A DNA stretch of 46,921 nucleotides, from positions 238,812 through 285,732 of the forward strand of contig JAAOYA010000001.1 of NCBI GenBank assembly GCA_018221105.1, written 5' to 3'. Shown here one piece after another: positions 19,784-30,770 of the stretch. The notes below the pieces were generated by a model. That model searched no databases and was not told where the DNA came from. It worked only from the letters and a program-made list of their open reading frames with translations. The DNA is from Candidatus Woesearchaeota archaeon (GTDB lineage: Archaea > Nanobdellota > Nanobdellia > Woesearchaeales > JAAOYA01). Positions within the stretch are counted from its first letter, which is position 1; every line of letters begins with the position of its first letter. The position numbers were made by a program, and so were the translations under genes.

Positions 19784-19829
19784 TGTTTTTTCCATTAATT
19801 TTATAAAGGCACTCGTGCACAATACTGGT

Positions 19830-21392
19830 ATGGATGTCACAAAGTTTAAAGAGTTGCTGGCAAGTCATGGTTTTGGAGAGTTTGACGAGGACGGCACTGC
19901 AATTGCCAGTATTGACGAGCACGAAGTAGATATTAATGGCAATAAGGTTGTGACTCGTTTTCCTGATAGTAAGGGCAATTATTACAGGCTTGTTTTTGAA
20001 TCATACACTCATTCTGTTGAGGAAAGTTATTATTGGATTTTAAATCACCTAAAAGAAGATTTGGGTTTTACACTGCAAGAAAAAGTTATTGACACTTTTA
20101 CTGCTAGTGAACAATCAGCTTTTTGGGGTGCTTCAGCTCAAAGGCTTAGCTTGCAACAACAAAACGCTCAAAATTATTTGCGAACTATCAGTGAAATGCT
20201 TAACGGTGTTTACCAATTGGTTCGAGAGATCAGAAATATTGATATTAACCTTTCATATTATGCTGACGTGCAAAAAGCTATTGAAGAAGAAAAAAAGCTT
20301 GGCAGGAATAAAATCTCTAAAGGATTGCTTGATAAGCGTAATGATGCTGAAATCGTGCTAAAAGACAAGTGGGTAACACAAGTTGAGGGCGGCACTAAAA
20401 GTCCTACTAGTGTTCTTGGATTGTCACAACAGGTCGGTTTTGCAACTTTGCCAGACTTATTTTATAAAACGCATGTTAATTCTAAAGAAGACATCGGCTC
20501 TAGAATGGATAAACTGGCTAAAGATTTTAATCCTTCAGTTTTGAGGGTTTTGCGCGAGAAACTTCGAGAGTTTTTTGAGTGGAAAGAGCACACTCAAAAA
20601 GAGTTGGAAGTTCGCAAAAACTTCCAGGTCAAGTATTTAAGACAAATGTTTAATAGTGTTCGATTGTATGCCCAATGGGCCAGGCCTTACATGAAGCATG
20701 CTAACAGGTTGTCTTCTAAGGATCGCATGATTGAAGACCCTTCTCTTATTGCTGCTTTTGATGGAGCGCTTATCGAAATTGAAACATTATGTATGAAAAA
20801 ATTTTCTGAAAAAACTGCTAACAAAGACTTTTATAGCGTGATTAGCGTTTCAGTAAATCATAAAACCAGGCCTAGTCTTGATTACCAACGTGATCAACAT
20901 CAGCACCGCGGCCCTATTCACGTTGGAGCTACTGAGATTGTGTTGCGCGCTTACGCTTGGGATGATGAACAATTGCAAAATTATCGTGATATGAGAAAAG
21001 AAGAAGATTTGGCATTGCTTGCAGAGATTGACACTGGCATTAAAGATTCTCTTGAGAGTTTAGGTGATGAGATGAAAACATATTTGAAAGAGGCTGGTGA
21101 ATCGTTTGAGCTTACCCGTGAAGAGAAAAAGGCTGAGACTGTTAGTAAAAAGAAAAAAGATTCTCATAAACAACATTTTTTCGAGCCTTTCTACGCGCCA
21201 TTCGCACCTATAGTAATGTTTTATAAGAGAAAGAGCGGCGAGAAAACCCGTTTGCCTAGTGGTAAAAAAGAGACAAAGCATCATAAATGGTTAAAAAAAG
21301 GTGTTAAGGATAGTGCACTAAAGACTGCTAGTGGTATGATGTGGCACGTTTACAAGAATTATAAGAAGAGTCATCGAATGCTTGCATGGTAA
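19830..21392 (+). CDS. Hypothetical protein (~520 aa)
   Basis: Long ORF, TATA ttttataaa at ~19799-19807; no recognisable family motif. Confidence 0.75.
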   Translation: MDVTKFKELLASHGFGEFDEDGTAIASIDEHEVDINGNKVVTRFPDSKGNYYRLVFESYTHSVEESYYWILNHLKEDLGFTLQEKVIDTFTASEQSAFWGASAQRLSLQQQNAQNYLRTISEMLNGVYQLVREIRNIDINLSYYADVQKAIEEEKKLGRNKISKGLLDKRNDAEIVLKDKWVTQVEGGTKSPTSVLGLSQQVGFATLPDLFYKTHVNSKEDIGSRMDKLAKDFNPSVLRVLREKLREFFEWKEHTQKELEVRKNFQVKYLRQMFNSVRLYAQWARPYMKHANRLSSKDRMIEDPSLIAAFDGALIEIETLCMKKFSEKTANKDFYSVISVSVNHKTRPSLDYQRDQHQHRGPIHVGATEIVLRAYAWDDEQLQNYRDMRKEEDLALLAEIDTGIKDSLESLGDEMKTYLKEAGESFELTREEKKAETVSKKKKDSHKQHFFEPFYAPFAPIVMFYKRKSGEKTRLPSGKKETKHHKWLKKGVKDSALKTASGMMWHVYKNYKKSHRMLAW

Positions 21393-21914
21393 ATGAAGCT
21401 TGAAGAATTTATTGAACGCTTGCGCAAAGCTAAAACACAAGAAGAACGTGATGAAATTTTGCGTGAGTACGAAGAAGAATTAAAGAAACAGCTTGCAGAG
21501 CGTCAAAAGCTTGCAAGCGCGCGCGAAGAAGAAGTTGAAGAGTTGCAGCGCCAAATAAATGTTGCTGAAAACCTCGCGCAAGCCGAGAATCTTCAAGATT
21601 TGCAAGAGCGCCTTGAAGTGTTGCGAGAGCAAGAACAACAAGAGCGTGAAAAAGCAGAGCAAGAGCAATCTCGACTAGAAGAAATCGCTGCACAGGAGAG
21701 TCAATCACGCGAAAACAATGTTGCATCGCAAGATTTTGATCCTAAAGAACTTTATAGTTCAGGAGTAGAAAAAGTTTATGAAGAATCAACCCAAAGTGAT
21801 AGTGGTGGCGAGTTGCCATCAAGTGTTTACAAATCCTCAGATGGCGGGGGAGTTAGTACTGATTCAAAAAAAGCACTAAAAAAGTTAGGACTTGATTATA
21901 GTAGTGATGATTAA
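21393..21914 (+). CDS. Glu/Gln-rich coiled-coil hypothetical protein
   Basis: Directly abuts the upstream stop (TAA-ATG). Confidence 0.7.
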   Translation: MKLEEFIERLRKAKTQEERDEILREYEEELKKQLAERQKLASAREEEVEELQRQINVAENLAQAENLQDLQERLEVLREQEQQEREKAEQEQSRLEEIAAQESQSRENNVASQDFDPKELYSSGVEKVYEESTQSDSGGELPSSVYKSSDGGGVSTDSKKALKKLGLDYSSDD

Positions 21915-21915
21915 A

Positions 21916-23586
21916 ATGGCAGACTACACTCATTCAATGGATCGTGCTCATGGAGGGCAAGACTCTTATACTCCTGTAGATATTACACCTCGAGAGCTTG
22001 GAGCTAATGTTAATCCTTTTGTGCAACCGCGCGAAGGCCTAAAAGCGCGTATTTTTGAAGGATTATCAAAGATTGAGTTTGAGTTTATGGGTGCTGGCAA
22101 GGGCAACAGTCAAAGTTTTACTCCTGAAACTTTTGGCGCTTTGGAGCGCAAGGAATTGCGCGAACTAGCACATCTTAATGAGATGGAAACAACTACTCAC
22201 GCCAGTCCTAACGCTGGCGCTATTAGCGGTTTTACACAAAACGGTTTTAATGATCAGGCTAGTGAGCGCTCAATTAAAGAGTTAAAAAAAGCTATTGATT
22301 TTGCTGGCGAAGCATCAACCGGCGGAGCGGTAGTGTTTCACATTGGAGAGTGGATTAGGCCAATATCAACACATACCAGTTTTGAAGGTTTTGAAGGAGA
22401 AAAAAATAAAGAATTGTACACTTTAGCTGACGAGGAAACAGGACAGTTGATCAATATTAGCCGCGATCAAAAGTTTTACTTGGCAAAAGAAAAAGATGGT
22501 AAAGTAGAGCATGACGATAAAGGATTGGTTGCTGTTGAAGAATTGCGCTTTGATGATGTTTACAAAAAAGCATTAGCTGATGAAGAATTCAAAAAAAATA
22601 ATCCTGATTACAAAAGCCTTTCACAACAAGCGATTGTCTTACGATTTGCACATTTTGATCCTGAACTAAAAACTGCTCGCGGCAGAGCAGTGCGCTACGC
22701 TAAATGGGCTGAAAAAAATGGTAGTGCTCAAGGCAGTCCTTTTGAGATTGGCGAAGAAGAAGCTATTGGTGCAGCGCAACAATATGAAAAACTAAAAACG
22801 CAAGTTGGTCGTTGGCGCTCTGTTGAAGAGATTGGTCTTAAAAAGACTGCTCAAGCAATGTCCAAAACTGCAATGCACACTCGAGCGGTGTACCAAAAAA
22901 ATAAAAGTCATTTGAAAAAGCAGTTGTATTTGGCACCTGAAGCTTTCATGCCTGAACAATACGGCTCGCACCCTGACGAGTTTGAAAAAATCATTAATAA
23001 ATCACGCGAAGAATTTGCAAGACGATTACACGATGATAAAGGTCTAAGTACAGAGCAGGCTTCAAAAGAAGCAGCACAGTATATCAAGGGAACAATTGAT
23101 ATTGGTCACATGAATCAATGGCGCCAATATTATAAAGCTAAAGAGCCACAAAAGAGCGATCAAGAGTTTGATAAGTGGTTGGTTGGAAAGTTTTCAAAAC
23201 TTGCAGAGAAAGGTTTTGTCGGTCATGTTCACTTGAGTGATAATTTTGGCTATGATGACGAGCACATCACGCCAGGCGAGGGTAACGCTCCGATTAAAGC
23301 TTTTGTAAAAGCCATGAAAGAAGCGTCAAAAAAGAGCGGTACAGACATCGATTTTATTATGGAAACAGGCCCTTTTAATCCTACTACTGCATGGAGTGAT
23401 ACACTGGCACATTTTGACAGTCCTGTTTTTGGCGTTAGTCGTAAAATGCCTCCTGTTGATGGTTTTGGACAAATTCATGATAGTTATTTTGGCAAGACCA
23501 AAAGCGCTAATTATATTGTTGGCGATTATGCTCCAAGCGAGCGATTTCGGGGTGCACCATTTTATAGTGGTTTGCCATTAGAATAA
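21916..23586 (+). CDS. Xylose-isomerase/AP-endonuclease-2-like TIM-barrel protein with large insertion
   Basis: THAS, VVFH, APE, TIDIGH, HVHLSDN, DEHITPGEG, FIME metal-ligand pattern. Confidence 0.8.
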   Translation: MADYTHSMDRAHGGQDSYTPVDITPRELGANVNPFVQPREGLKARIFEGLSKIEFEFMGAGKGNSQSFTPETFGALERKELRELAHLNEMETTTHASPNAGAISGFTQNGFNDQASERSIKELKKAIDFAGEASTGGAVVFHIGEWIRPISTHTSFEGFEGEKNKELYTLADEETGQLINISRDQKFYLAKEKDGKVEHDDKGLVAVEELRFDDVYKKALADEEFKKNNPDYKSLSQQAIVLRFAHFDPELKTARGRAVRYAKWAEKNGSAQGSPFEIGEEEAIGAAQQYEKLKTQVGRWRSVEEIGLKKTAQAMSKTAMHTRAVYQKNKSHLKKQLYLAPEAFMPEQYGSHPDEFEKIINKSREEFARRLHDDKGLSTEQASKEAAQYIKGTIDIGHMNQWRQYYKAKEPQKSDQEFDKWLVGKFSKLAEKGFVGHVHLSDNFGYDDEHITPGEGNAPIKAFVKAMKEASKKSGTDIDFIMETGPFNPTTAWSDTLAHFDSPVFGVSRKMPPVDGFGQIHDSYFGKTKSANYIVGDYAPSERFRGAPFYSGLPLE

Positions 23587-23635
23587 AAAGCTTTAAAAAC
23601 ATGCTTTGCAATTGATTGATAAAAGAGGTGGAAGT

Positions 23636-24436
23636 TTGGAATTTGATGTTGACAAACACGAGTTTAACAAAGAAAAGTATTCTAAAGATGACTTTGATAT
23701 AGTACTCTCTTTTGCAAAAGAATTATCTAGTGAAATCAAAGAATTATTAAGAGCTGTAGTAATCTTCGGCAGTGCAGCTCGCCACGAAAAAAAAGCTAAT
23801 GATATTGATGTGCTAGTGGTTTTGGATGATGCTAGTGTTGAGATTACTTCTGAGCTTTCACAAGCTTACTCTAGTATCACTTCTAAAATCGTCAATAAAG
23901 TAAGTCGTAAACTTCACATTACAACACTTAAATACACAACTTTTTGGGAGTATGTTAGAAGTGGCGATCCTGTCGGAGTAAATATTTTGCGCGATGGCGT
24001 TGCAATACTTGATAAAGGCGTTTTTGGCGTTATGCAAACACTTCTCTTTAAAGGCAAGATACGGCCTTCTAGTGAAGCTGTGTGGAATTATTTTGATCGC
24101 GCTCCTAGAACATTGGCCAATGCTAAATGGCATGTTGAACAAGGTGTTATTGACTTGTACTGGGCGTGCATTGACTCTGCTCACGCAGCTTTAATGCATA
24201 AGGGTCAAGTGCCTCCTAGCCCTTCGCATGTTGCTTTAATGATTGAAAAAGTGTTGGTTAAAAAAAAGTTAGTTCCAAAAACTGCTCCTAATACTATGCG
24301 AAAGTTTTACAATCTTAGCAAAAGCATTGCAAGGCGCGAGATTAAAAATATTAGTGGTTCAGAGTTTGATAAGTTGTACGCTCAAGCGCATTCATTTGTT
24401 GCTAGTATGCAGCGCGTTGTTAGTCAATCAGCATAA
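23636..24436 (+). CDS. Minimal nucleotidyltransferase fused to HEPN-like domain
   Basis: IFGSAAR...DIDVLVV; C-terminal DLYWACIDSAHAAL; GAGGTG RBS before TTG 23636. Confidence 0.82.
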   Translation: MEFDVDKHEFNKEKYSKDDFDIVLSFAKELSSEIKELLRAVVIFGSAARHEKKANDIDVLVVLDDASVEITSELSQAYSSITSKIVNKVSRKLHITTLKYTTFWEYVRSGDPVGVNILRDGVAILDKGVFGVMQTLLFKGKIRPSSEAVWNYFDRAPRTLANAKWHVEQGVIDLYWACIDSAHAALMHKGQVPPSPSHVALMIEKVLVKKKLVPKTAPNTMRKFYNLSKSIARREIKNISGSEFDKLYAQAHSFVASMQRVVSQSA

Positions 24437-24468
24437 AATTAATAAAACATTATAGGTTGGTTCTTGTT

Positions 24469-24783
24469 ATGGTTCGATTATCTAAAGAAGAATGGGAGGA
24501 ATGGTATGATGAGCAGGCTAACATTCTGTGGGATTCTTATGAAACTGAAATGATCAAAGAACACCCTGATAAGCGAAGCGCAATTCATAGAGCATACTCT
24601 CATAAGTTTAAACATTTGAAAAAGCGTTATGAGAGGGCTGTGCAAAAGGAGATTTTGCGCGAGAATAAGGTTTTGACTAGAAAACCTACAAGACTAGCAG
24701 TATTATTTAATGATTATAAAGAGCAAATAATGTTTTTTCTTGAGCGTAAAGGAATAATTAAACAAAAAAAAGAAAAAGAATAA
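24469..24783 (+). CDS. Hypothetical protein
   Basis: ~104-aa charged ORF in the same-strand gene run. Confidence 0.6.
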   Translation: MVRLSKEEWEEWYDEQANILWDSYETEMIKEHPDKRSAIHRAYSHKFKHLKKRYERAVQKEILRENKVLTRKPTRLAVLFNDYKEQIMFFLERKGIIKQKKEKE

Positions 24784-24872
24784 TGGTATGACAGTATACT
24801 AATTAGTATCTTAAAATATCTTTTTGTTTTTTCTATAGTTTTTTAAAAACCCACTCATTTCAAAAAAACAAC

Positions 24873-25451
24873 ATGACATTCACCGAGGAAAAAAAAGAAT
24901 ACTTGCAAGCATTGCAAAAGCCTGACAGCTCAAAACAAGGCCACATTGACAAAGAAATATTGCCATTAGTGGACACCATCAACAAATTAGAAGATTATTA
25001 TACGACAAGCTCGTGCGCAGGCAGAATAATACTAATAGAATTCAAAGAACCACTACGAAAAGATAATACTCACTGGCACTACACAAGCCACCAACAAGCA
25101 AAACTATCAGACATTCAAAAAGCATTACAAAAACCTTCACAGTTTGACGTTTGGCTAAAAGTTGAAGGAGCAATACTGCACGTATGCGCAAAAGACCTAG
25201 ACTCTGCACAAATTCTATTAAACACTGCACGTGCTTGCGGCTTTAAACGATCAGGAATAATGAGTGTGAACAAAAGAATAATGCTAGAGTTAACAGCAAC
25301 AGAAATGATGGACTGCCTAGTAAAACGCGAAGGAAAAATAATAATCCCTGATGATTACCTAAAAATCTTTGTAGAAGAAGCAAATAAAAAACTATCAAAC
25401 AACACACAAAAAGTAGCAAGATTGCACGAGAAAATAAACAAATTGCACTAG
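24873..25451 (+). CDS. taw3: tRNA wybutosine-pathway methyltransferase Taw3/TYW3
   Basis: [34 protein letters not shown]. Confidence 0.92.
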   Translation: MTFTEEKKEYLQALQKPDSSKQGHIDKEILPLVDTINKLEDYYTTSSCAGRIILIEFKEPLRKDNTHWHYTSHQQAKLSDIQKALQKPSQFDVWLKVEGAILHVCAKDLDSAQILLNTARACGFKRSGIMSVNKRIMLELTATEMMDCLVKREGKIIIPDDYLKIFVEEANKKLSNNTQKVARLHEKINKLH

Positions 25452-25452
25452 T

Positions 25453-25462
25453 TTTATATATA
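25453..25462 (+). promoter_or_regulatory. Archaeal TATA box upstream of the giant sigma-70 fusion gene
   Basis: TTTATATATA; GGGAG RBS at 25495-25499 before ATG 25504. Confidence 0.55.
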
Positions 25463-25503
25463 AGAAACTTGCAAAATTAACAACAGTTATAGCAGGGAGT
25501 TTC

Positions 25504-28500
25504 ATGACGGGAGAAGTAACGCTAGAGAAAGTAACATTAGTTGATGAATCTGTGCGCCGCACTTTAATAGCAATGGGTTATGAAACTCTACAAAAAGGCG
25601 AAGAACTATCAAAAAAAACCAGTTTTTTAGTGGCTTCTCGCCCAGAAGATGATGTAAAAGGCGTGTTTGCTGTTCGCCAAACCAACAATGGAAATCTTAT
25701 AGGAGAAGTAGGAAAACTTGTTTTAGAATATGTTGATGGGCGCATTGTCTACACATTATTTGAAAGTTATAACAGTTCTAAACCACCAGTACAAACTTAT
25801 AGCGCTTCTATTGAAGCCACTAAAAGAGAATTCTTAGATATTGCAGGAGCACAAAGTATGTGCATCGAACAAACAAAAAAAAGAACAAATAGTGTACCAC
25901 GACACCATCCAATAGCAATAATCACACAACACGGCAAAGCCTACAAAACAACAAATCTTGAATCAATACTTAACACTCAGGCAACAGAACCTTCAGAGCC
26001 AATAGAATCTGAAACAATCCCTGAACCAGTAAAGAAGCCAAAAATCATAGAGTATGACATTCCTGAAGACTTTGTACAAGTAAGAGAAGGAAGTTTCAAT
26101 GAACTTTCAACAATTTATGATTCTACAAGAGCAACTATCTCTAGTAAAAGAAAAAGGTTTCCAGAGGAAATAATACCATTAAGAAAAGAAGGCGAGACTA
26201 CAATTTTTGGCGTTTCATCAAAAGGCAATCAAATACTGCAATATAAAGGTATGATGCCAAAAGAAAAAGCAAAACAAATAGGAATAGAAGACACTCCAAT
26301 GCGTGACCGTGAAGAAGTCAAAGCAATAATAGCTCAGGGTTTTGAACTCATAGAAGACTTAGTACAACAGTTAGGGGCGTCATATTCTAAGTTGAACAAT
26401 TTGTTTAGCGCACATCCTGATCATGTAGAACGACAAAAAGTTGGAAACCGCACACTATACAAGCCTAATGATGAATTGTTAGCCAAGATAGAAAAAACAA
26501 AAATAATTAGGCCCAGCGAAGTATTAGAAGATGATATAATAGTACATCAAGGAGTTATCAGCGAACTTACAAAAATCTATGGTTGTTCAAAGTCAAAAAT
26601 ACGCGATGTTCAAAAAAAATATCCTGATGCTATACGATTTGTCACTATAGAAAATGCGAAAAAGATTCTTGCAATCACCCAGCAAGGAGATGAACTATTA
26701 CAAAGTGATGGCAGAGGAAGACAAAAGAAAAAAACAGAAAGCTTGCCAACTGCAAAACCAGAACCTTCGATACTTGAAGAAAAAGTTGAAGCTTTGCCGC
26801 AGACGGAAGTTGTTGAAGAAACTGCCAGTGCAAAATTAAAAACTCAAAGAGAACAAGAAATTGCTTCACTAAAAGCTCAAGGCTGGCAAGATATGACAGG
26901 ATTAGAAGAATCATTAGATCGTCACTTTACAGATATTTACAAACTACTAAAAAAACATGCTGGCGACGGAATCGAAAGAACACAAATTGGCAAAAAAGTA
27001 GTTTATAAGCTTCCAGAATATTTAATAGAAGAATTTAGAAAAAAAGAAAAGCCCCCGCAAAAAGATAACGCGATAAGTTCACAAGAACCTTCAACTCTAA
27101 AAGAAGACTTAAGTCAAATAGTTCAAACAACTCCACACTCTCATGTTGTTGAAGATGATGATGTTTTAGCGTGCCAAGGCACTGCTGATCAGATCGCTAG
27201 CAAAATAGGGTGCACTAAAAGAGAATTGATACAATTAAAAGAACGGCATCCAGAGTTTATTACTACAATAAAAAAACGTGGCAAAAAAACAATTCTTGGT
27301 CTGACACAACAAGGTTATAACACTTTTTTGGATATGAATATTCCTAAAGCTTTAGAATTGCCAAGCACTCAACCAACAACAACCAGTGAAATAGAAGAAA
27401 AAGTTGAAGGTCCACAAGCTAACACTCTTTATTTTCTGCCTGACTTGGCAGAAGTTGTTGGCACAAGCATTGAAGTTATTGATGCAATGCTTAAAGATCA
27501 CCCTTCAACACATGACCGTTATGGAGAAGGGTTCATTCTAACACCTAGCGCAGTAAAGCGTCTAGCTAACGAGCAACTAATAAAGAAGTACGAAATCATT
27601 GTGAAAAAACAGGCAAGCGAAAGTATTCCAAAACAAAGTTCTGCTTCAAAAAAGGCACCAACACAAGAAGAAAAAATTGAAAATGATTTAGAATGTGTTG
27701 TAAAAAAAGAAGTAAAGAGCGTTAAAAGAACTATGGAAAAATATAAGGAGCTAAAAAAAGCTCCCGAAAGTTTAGAAGATATTGACGTTCAAGCAAGTTA
27801 TCTTTGTTTTGATATCGACTCGAAGTTATTGCCTAAAGACATTCATGTAGCATCTCATTATAAAAGTGCTGCCAGGAAAAAATTGCCTAGTGAAAGTTTA
27901 ACAAGTCGTGATGGTTATATCGTAATAAAAGGTTCTGTTGTTTCAGATTATATTCAAACAATTGTAGAATCCGCTGATTTAAGAGAGTTCAAACAATTAA
28001 TTTTGACAATGCCTTTTGAAAAAGCAATAGTTCAAGTTTCTACTAATGGATTCGTAGAAGCTTCAAAAGCAGCAAACTACACTTCAATAGCTTTAAAACT
28101 CGCTTGTGAAAATCCTGAGGAATTATTGTCACAAAATAGTGAAGATGGCTCTAAATTAGCTTTTAGAACTCTTGAAGATGGTCAAAGAGTTGTTGAAGTT
28201 GAAGAAATATCGAGGTTTGCCAAAACAAATAAAACTAAAGAAAGTGAACACTCGTTAGTAATTAGCAAAATAAGACATCATACTGATCAAGGTGCTATCG
28301 CGCAATTATCGATTGATAATCATTTGAGTGTTGAAGACACTTTGAAGTTCTTAGAAATAAAACTACCTAATTTAGAGTTTAGTTTTGAAAATAGTTTTAC
28401 TAGTGACGCTGACAAAAAAGACAAAATGTCGTATAAGACAATAGATGGAAAGCAAGTTGTAGCAGCACAAGAAGTCTTAGAGTTTTTTGAAAAACAAAAA

Positions 28501-30729
28501 GAAATACAAAAAGTAATAGTTATAGCGGCTAGAGAAGCAAAACTTGTTGAAGAACACTCTTTTTTAGAACAATATGAAGGTCTGCAAAGCACTACTGATT
28601 CTGAAAAATTTTATTTAGCTTCACAGTTAGAAAAAAGTATTCTTGAAGAAACTAGAATTCCGGCGTATACTGCAAAAGTGTTAAAGGGGAAAATTCCTGC
28701 TGCAATGAAAAAAAAAGTTAGTAAAACTGTTGCAATACGAGGCGATTTTGTAAAGGAGTATCAACGCCTTGTTAAGCTAGAATCAACCAAGGGAAAATTA
28801 AGAAATAAATCTTTTGAAAGTATAATAAGTGAATTTCCAGAAGATATTAGTTTAGATGAGGTTGTAGTATTGTTAAGTGCTGAATTTGGCGACACTTCAT
28901 TTTATGAAGCTTTAGACAATGATGATGCAGACCTTCAAATGATCTTGCCACTATTAAAAGTTGATGATTATGATGGCATTAAAAGTGTTAAGTCTCAAGA
29001 CTTTTTAGAGTTTTACAATTATGAAAGAAAAATACGCGATACTATGATTGAACTAGCACTTGCAAAAAAAGGTTCCAAAAAAGAAAAAATGTTAGACCTC
29101 AATCATAGAGAGTTCAATGGCGGAAAAGTAAATACTGGAGAAATCTATTCGTTTAATAGTGTTACAACTTATGCTTTGACAAAGATTGGAAAAGTTGCTC
29201 CTGGCAAGATTACACAAATATTTGAAGGTCTTTCTAAAGGAGCTCTTGAAGGCAAAAATAATAGAAGATTTTTGCGAGGCAATGCTGTAAGCGAATACTT
29301 GCTTATGCATTCAGTTGGTGTTTTTGAAGGACAATTAAGTATTAGAACTCCTGAAAACTTTTTACACACTAACTATAATGGTGGCAATGTTCCTTTAAAT
29401 GATGCTCTAAAAATATTGTATGCTAAACTAAAAGATGAATATTTTTTGAAAAAATTGATGGGAAAAAGCAAGAAAAAACTTCCATCAAGTCTTGTAGTAA
29501 TAGAGGATAATGGTTCTCAAAGCGTGACATCAGAATCTATAACAAAGTATCTTCGAGATAAAAAAGCAGTTATTGATGCTATTGATGAAGCGCAAAGATT
29601 AGAAGAGGAGCGACTCGAGCAAGGATTAGAAAATGGTGAGCAAGAAACTAAACAGAGCGAGGATCAAGAATTAGAAGTTGACGATGATCAAGTTTTAGAA
29701 GTTATGGCAAGTATTGCATCACAAGATTTAGAATCAATGATTGAGCAAGAGAATGAAGAAGTATCAGAAAACGATCAAACAGAAGCAGGTTATAGTAATG
29801 GCAATAGCATAATTGAAAATCCAGTGAACACAAGAAAAAAAAGAAGAAGGCGACATTCAATTGATTCTTTTGGAATTTATTTATCTGAGATGGGACAGTA
29901 CCGTTTATTATCAAGAAAAGAAGAGGTTATTCTTGCAAAAAAAATGGCTAAAGGCGATCCTCAAGCTAGAACAGAGTTTGCAACTCACAATCTTCGTTTG
30001 GTTATAAGCATTGCAAAACGATATTTTGGCAGGGGGCTTGAGTTTCCAGATTTAGTTCAAGAAGGAAATCTTGGGCTTATGAAAGCTGTTGAAAAGTTTG
30101 AACATGAAAGAGGGTTTAAGTTTTCAACATATGCTACTTGGTGGATTCGCCAATCAATAACTAGAGCCATTGCTGATAAGGGAAGAGCTATAAGAATTCC
30201 TGTTCACATGATAGAGAACAGAAACAAGGTTTTAAGGACTATTGAACAACTTTCTTCGCAACAATACACCGATCCTAATGTTGAACCTGGACAATATAAC
30301 AGGCCTAGTGTTGAACAAATAGCAGAAAAATCAGGGGTGCCTGAAAAAACTGTTAGAAAAATTTTAGAAAGTCCTGTAATAAGACCTAATGTTTTATCAA
30401 TTAACACACCTGTAGGAGATGGCGAGGATTCTGAACTGTTAGACTTTGTAGCAGATCCTAAAAGTTTAAACCCTCATCAAATTCTTGAGCAAAAAGATTT
30501 AGAAAGAGTTGTAGAAGAAGTTCTAGAAACATTAAGTGAAAGAGAACGAGATATTGTCAAGCACCGTCTTGGTATTGGCACAGGCATTCCAATGACTTTA
30601 GAGGAAGTTGGAGAATTAAAAGGTGTTACTCGCGAGCGGATTAGACAAATCGAATCTAAGGCCCTTAGAAGATTAACGCATCGTAGTAGAAAGAAGATTT
30701 TAGAAAAATCAGGTTATGCACATAATTAA
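25504..30729 (+). CDS. 1741-aa protein: repeated HTH-like modules fused to C-terminal RpoD-like sigma-70 (regions 1.2-4)
   Basis: From ~29857: [21 protein letters not shown] (1.2); [50 protein letters not shown] (2); RAIRIPVHM (3.0); [19 protein letters not shown] (3.2); TLEEVG...[17 protein letters not shown] (4.2). Confidence 0.92.
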   Translation: MTGEVTLEKVTLVDESVRRTLIAMGYETLQKGEELSKKTSFLVASRPEDDVKGVFAVRQTNNGNLIGEVGKLVLEYVDGRIVYTLFESYNSSKPPVQTYSASIEATKREFLDIAGAQSMCIEQTKKRTNSVPRHHPIAIITQHGKAYKTTNLESILNTQATEPSEPIESETIPEPVKKPKIIEYDIPEDFVQVREGSFNELSTIYDSTRATISSKRKRFPEEIIPLRKEGETTIFGVSSKGNQILQYKGMMPKEKAKQIGIEDTPMRDREEVKAIIAQGFELIEDLVQQLGASYSKLNNLFSAHPDHVERQKVGNRTLYKPNDELLAKIEKTKIIRPSEVLEDDIIVHQGVISELTKIYGCSKSKIRDVQKKYPDAIRFVTIENAKKILAITQQGDELLQSDGRGRQKKKTESLPTAKPEPSILEEKVEALPQTEVVEETASAKLKTQREQEIASLKAQGWQDMTGLEESLDRHFTDIYKLLKKHAGDGIERTQIGKKVVYKLPEYLIEEFRKKEKPPQKDNAISSQEPSTLKEDLSQIVQTTPHSHVVEDDDVLACQGTADQIASKIGCTKRELIQLKERHPEFITTIKKRGKKTILGLTQQGYNTFLDMNIPKALELPSTQPTTTSEIEEKVEGPQANTLYFLPDLAEVVGTSIEVIDAMLKDHPSTHDRYGEGFILTPSAVKRLANEQLIKKYEIIVKKQASESIPKQSSASKKAPTQEEKIENDLECVVKKEVKSVKRTMEKYKELKKAPESLEDIDVQASYLCFDIDSKLLPKDIHVASHYKSAARKKLPSESLTSRDGYIVIKGSVVSDYIQTIVESADLREFKQLILTMPFEKAIVQVSTNGFVEASKAANYTSIALKLACENPEELLSQNSEDGSKLAFRTLEDGQRVVEVEEISRFAKTNKTKESEHSLVISKIRHHTDQGAIAQLSIDNHLSVEDTLKFLEIKLPNLEFSFENSFTSDADKKDKMSYKTIDGKQVVAAQEVLEFFEKQKEIQKVIVIAAREAKLVEEHSFLEQYEGLQSTTDSEKFYLASQLEKSILEETRIPAYTAKVLKGKIPAAMKKKVSKTVAIRGDFVKEYQRLVKLESTKGKLRNKSFESIISEFPEDISLDEVVVLLSAEFGDTSFYEALDNDDADLQMILPLLKVDDYDGIKSVKSQDFLEFYNYERKIRDTMIELALAKKGSKKEKMLDLNHREFNGGKVNTGEIYSFNSVTTYALTKIGKVAPGKITQIFEGLSKGALEGKNNRRFLRGNAVSEYLLMHSVGVFEGQLSIRTPENFLHTNYNGGNVPLNDALKILYAKLKDEYFLKKLMGKSKKKLPSSLVVIEDNGSQSVTSESITKYLRDKKAVIDAIDEAQRLEEERLEQGLENGEQETKQSEDQELEVDDDQVLEVMASIASQDLESMIEQENEEVSENDQTEAGYSNGNSIIENPVNTRKKRRRRHSIDSFGIYLSEMGQYRLLSRKEEVILAKKMAKGDPQARTEFATHNLRLVISIAKRYFGRGLEFPDLVQEGNLGLMKAVEKFEHERGFKFSTYATWWIRQSITRAIADKGRAIRIPVHMIENRNKVLRTIEQLSSQQYTDPNVEPGQYNRPSVEQIAEKSGVPEKTVRKILESPVIRPNVLSINTPVGDGEDSELLDFVADPKSLNPHQILEQKDLERVVEEVLETLSERERDIVKHRLGIGTGIPMTLEEVGELKGVTRERIRQIESKALRRLTHRSRKKILEKSGYAHN

Positions 30730-30770
30730 AACTAAAAGTTAAAAAAAAGTTTAAAAAAATAAAAATTGTT

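Noticed and set aside
25469..25493. Possible bacterial -35/-10 promoter (TTGCAA...TATAGC) before the sigma gene
   Set aside because: Spacer is about 13 nt, too short; an archaeal TATA box explains the region.
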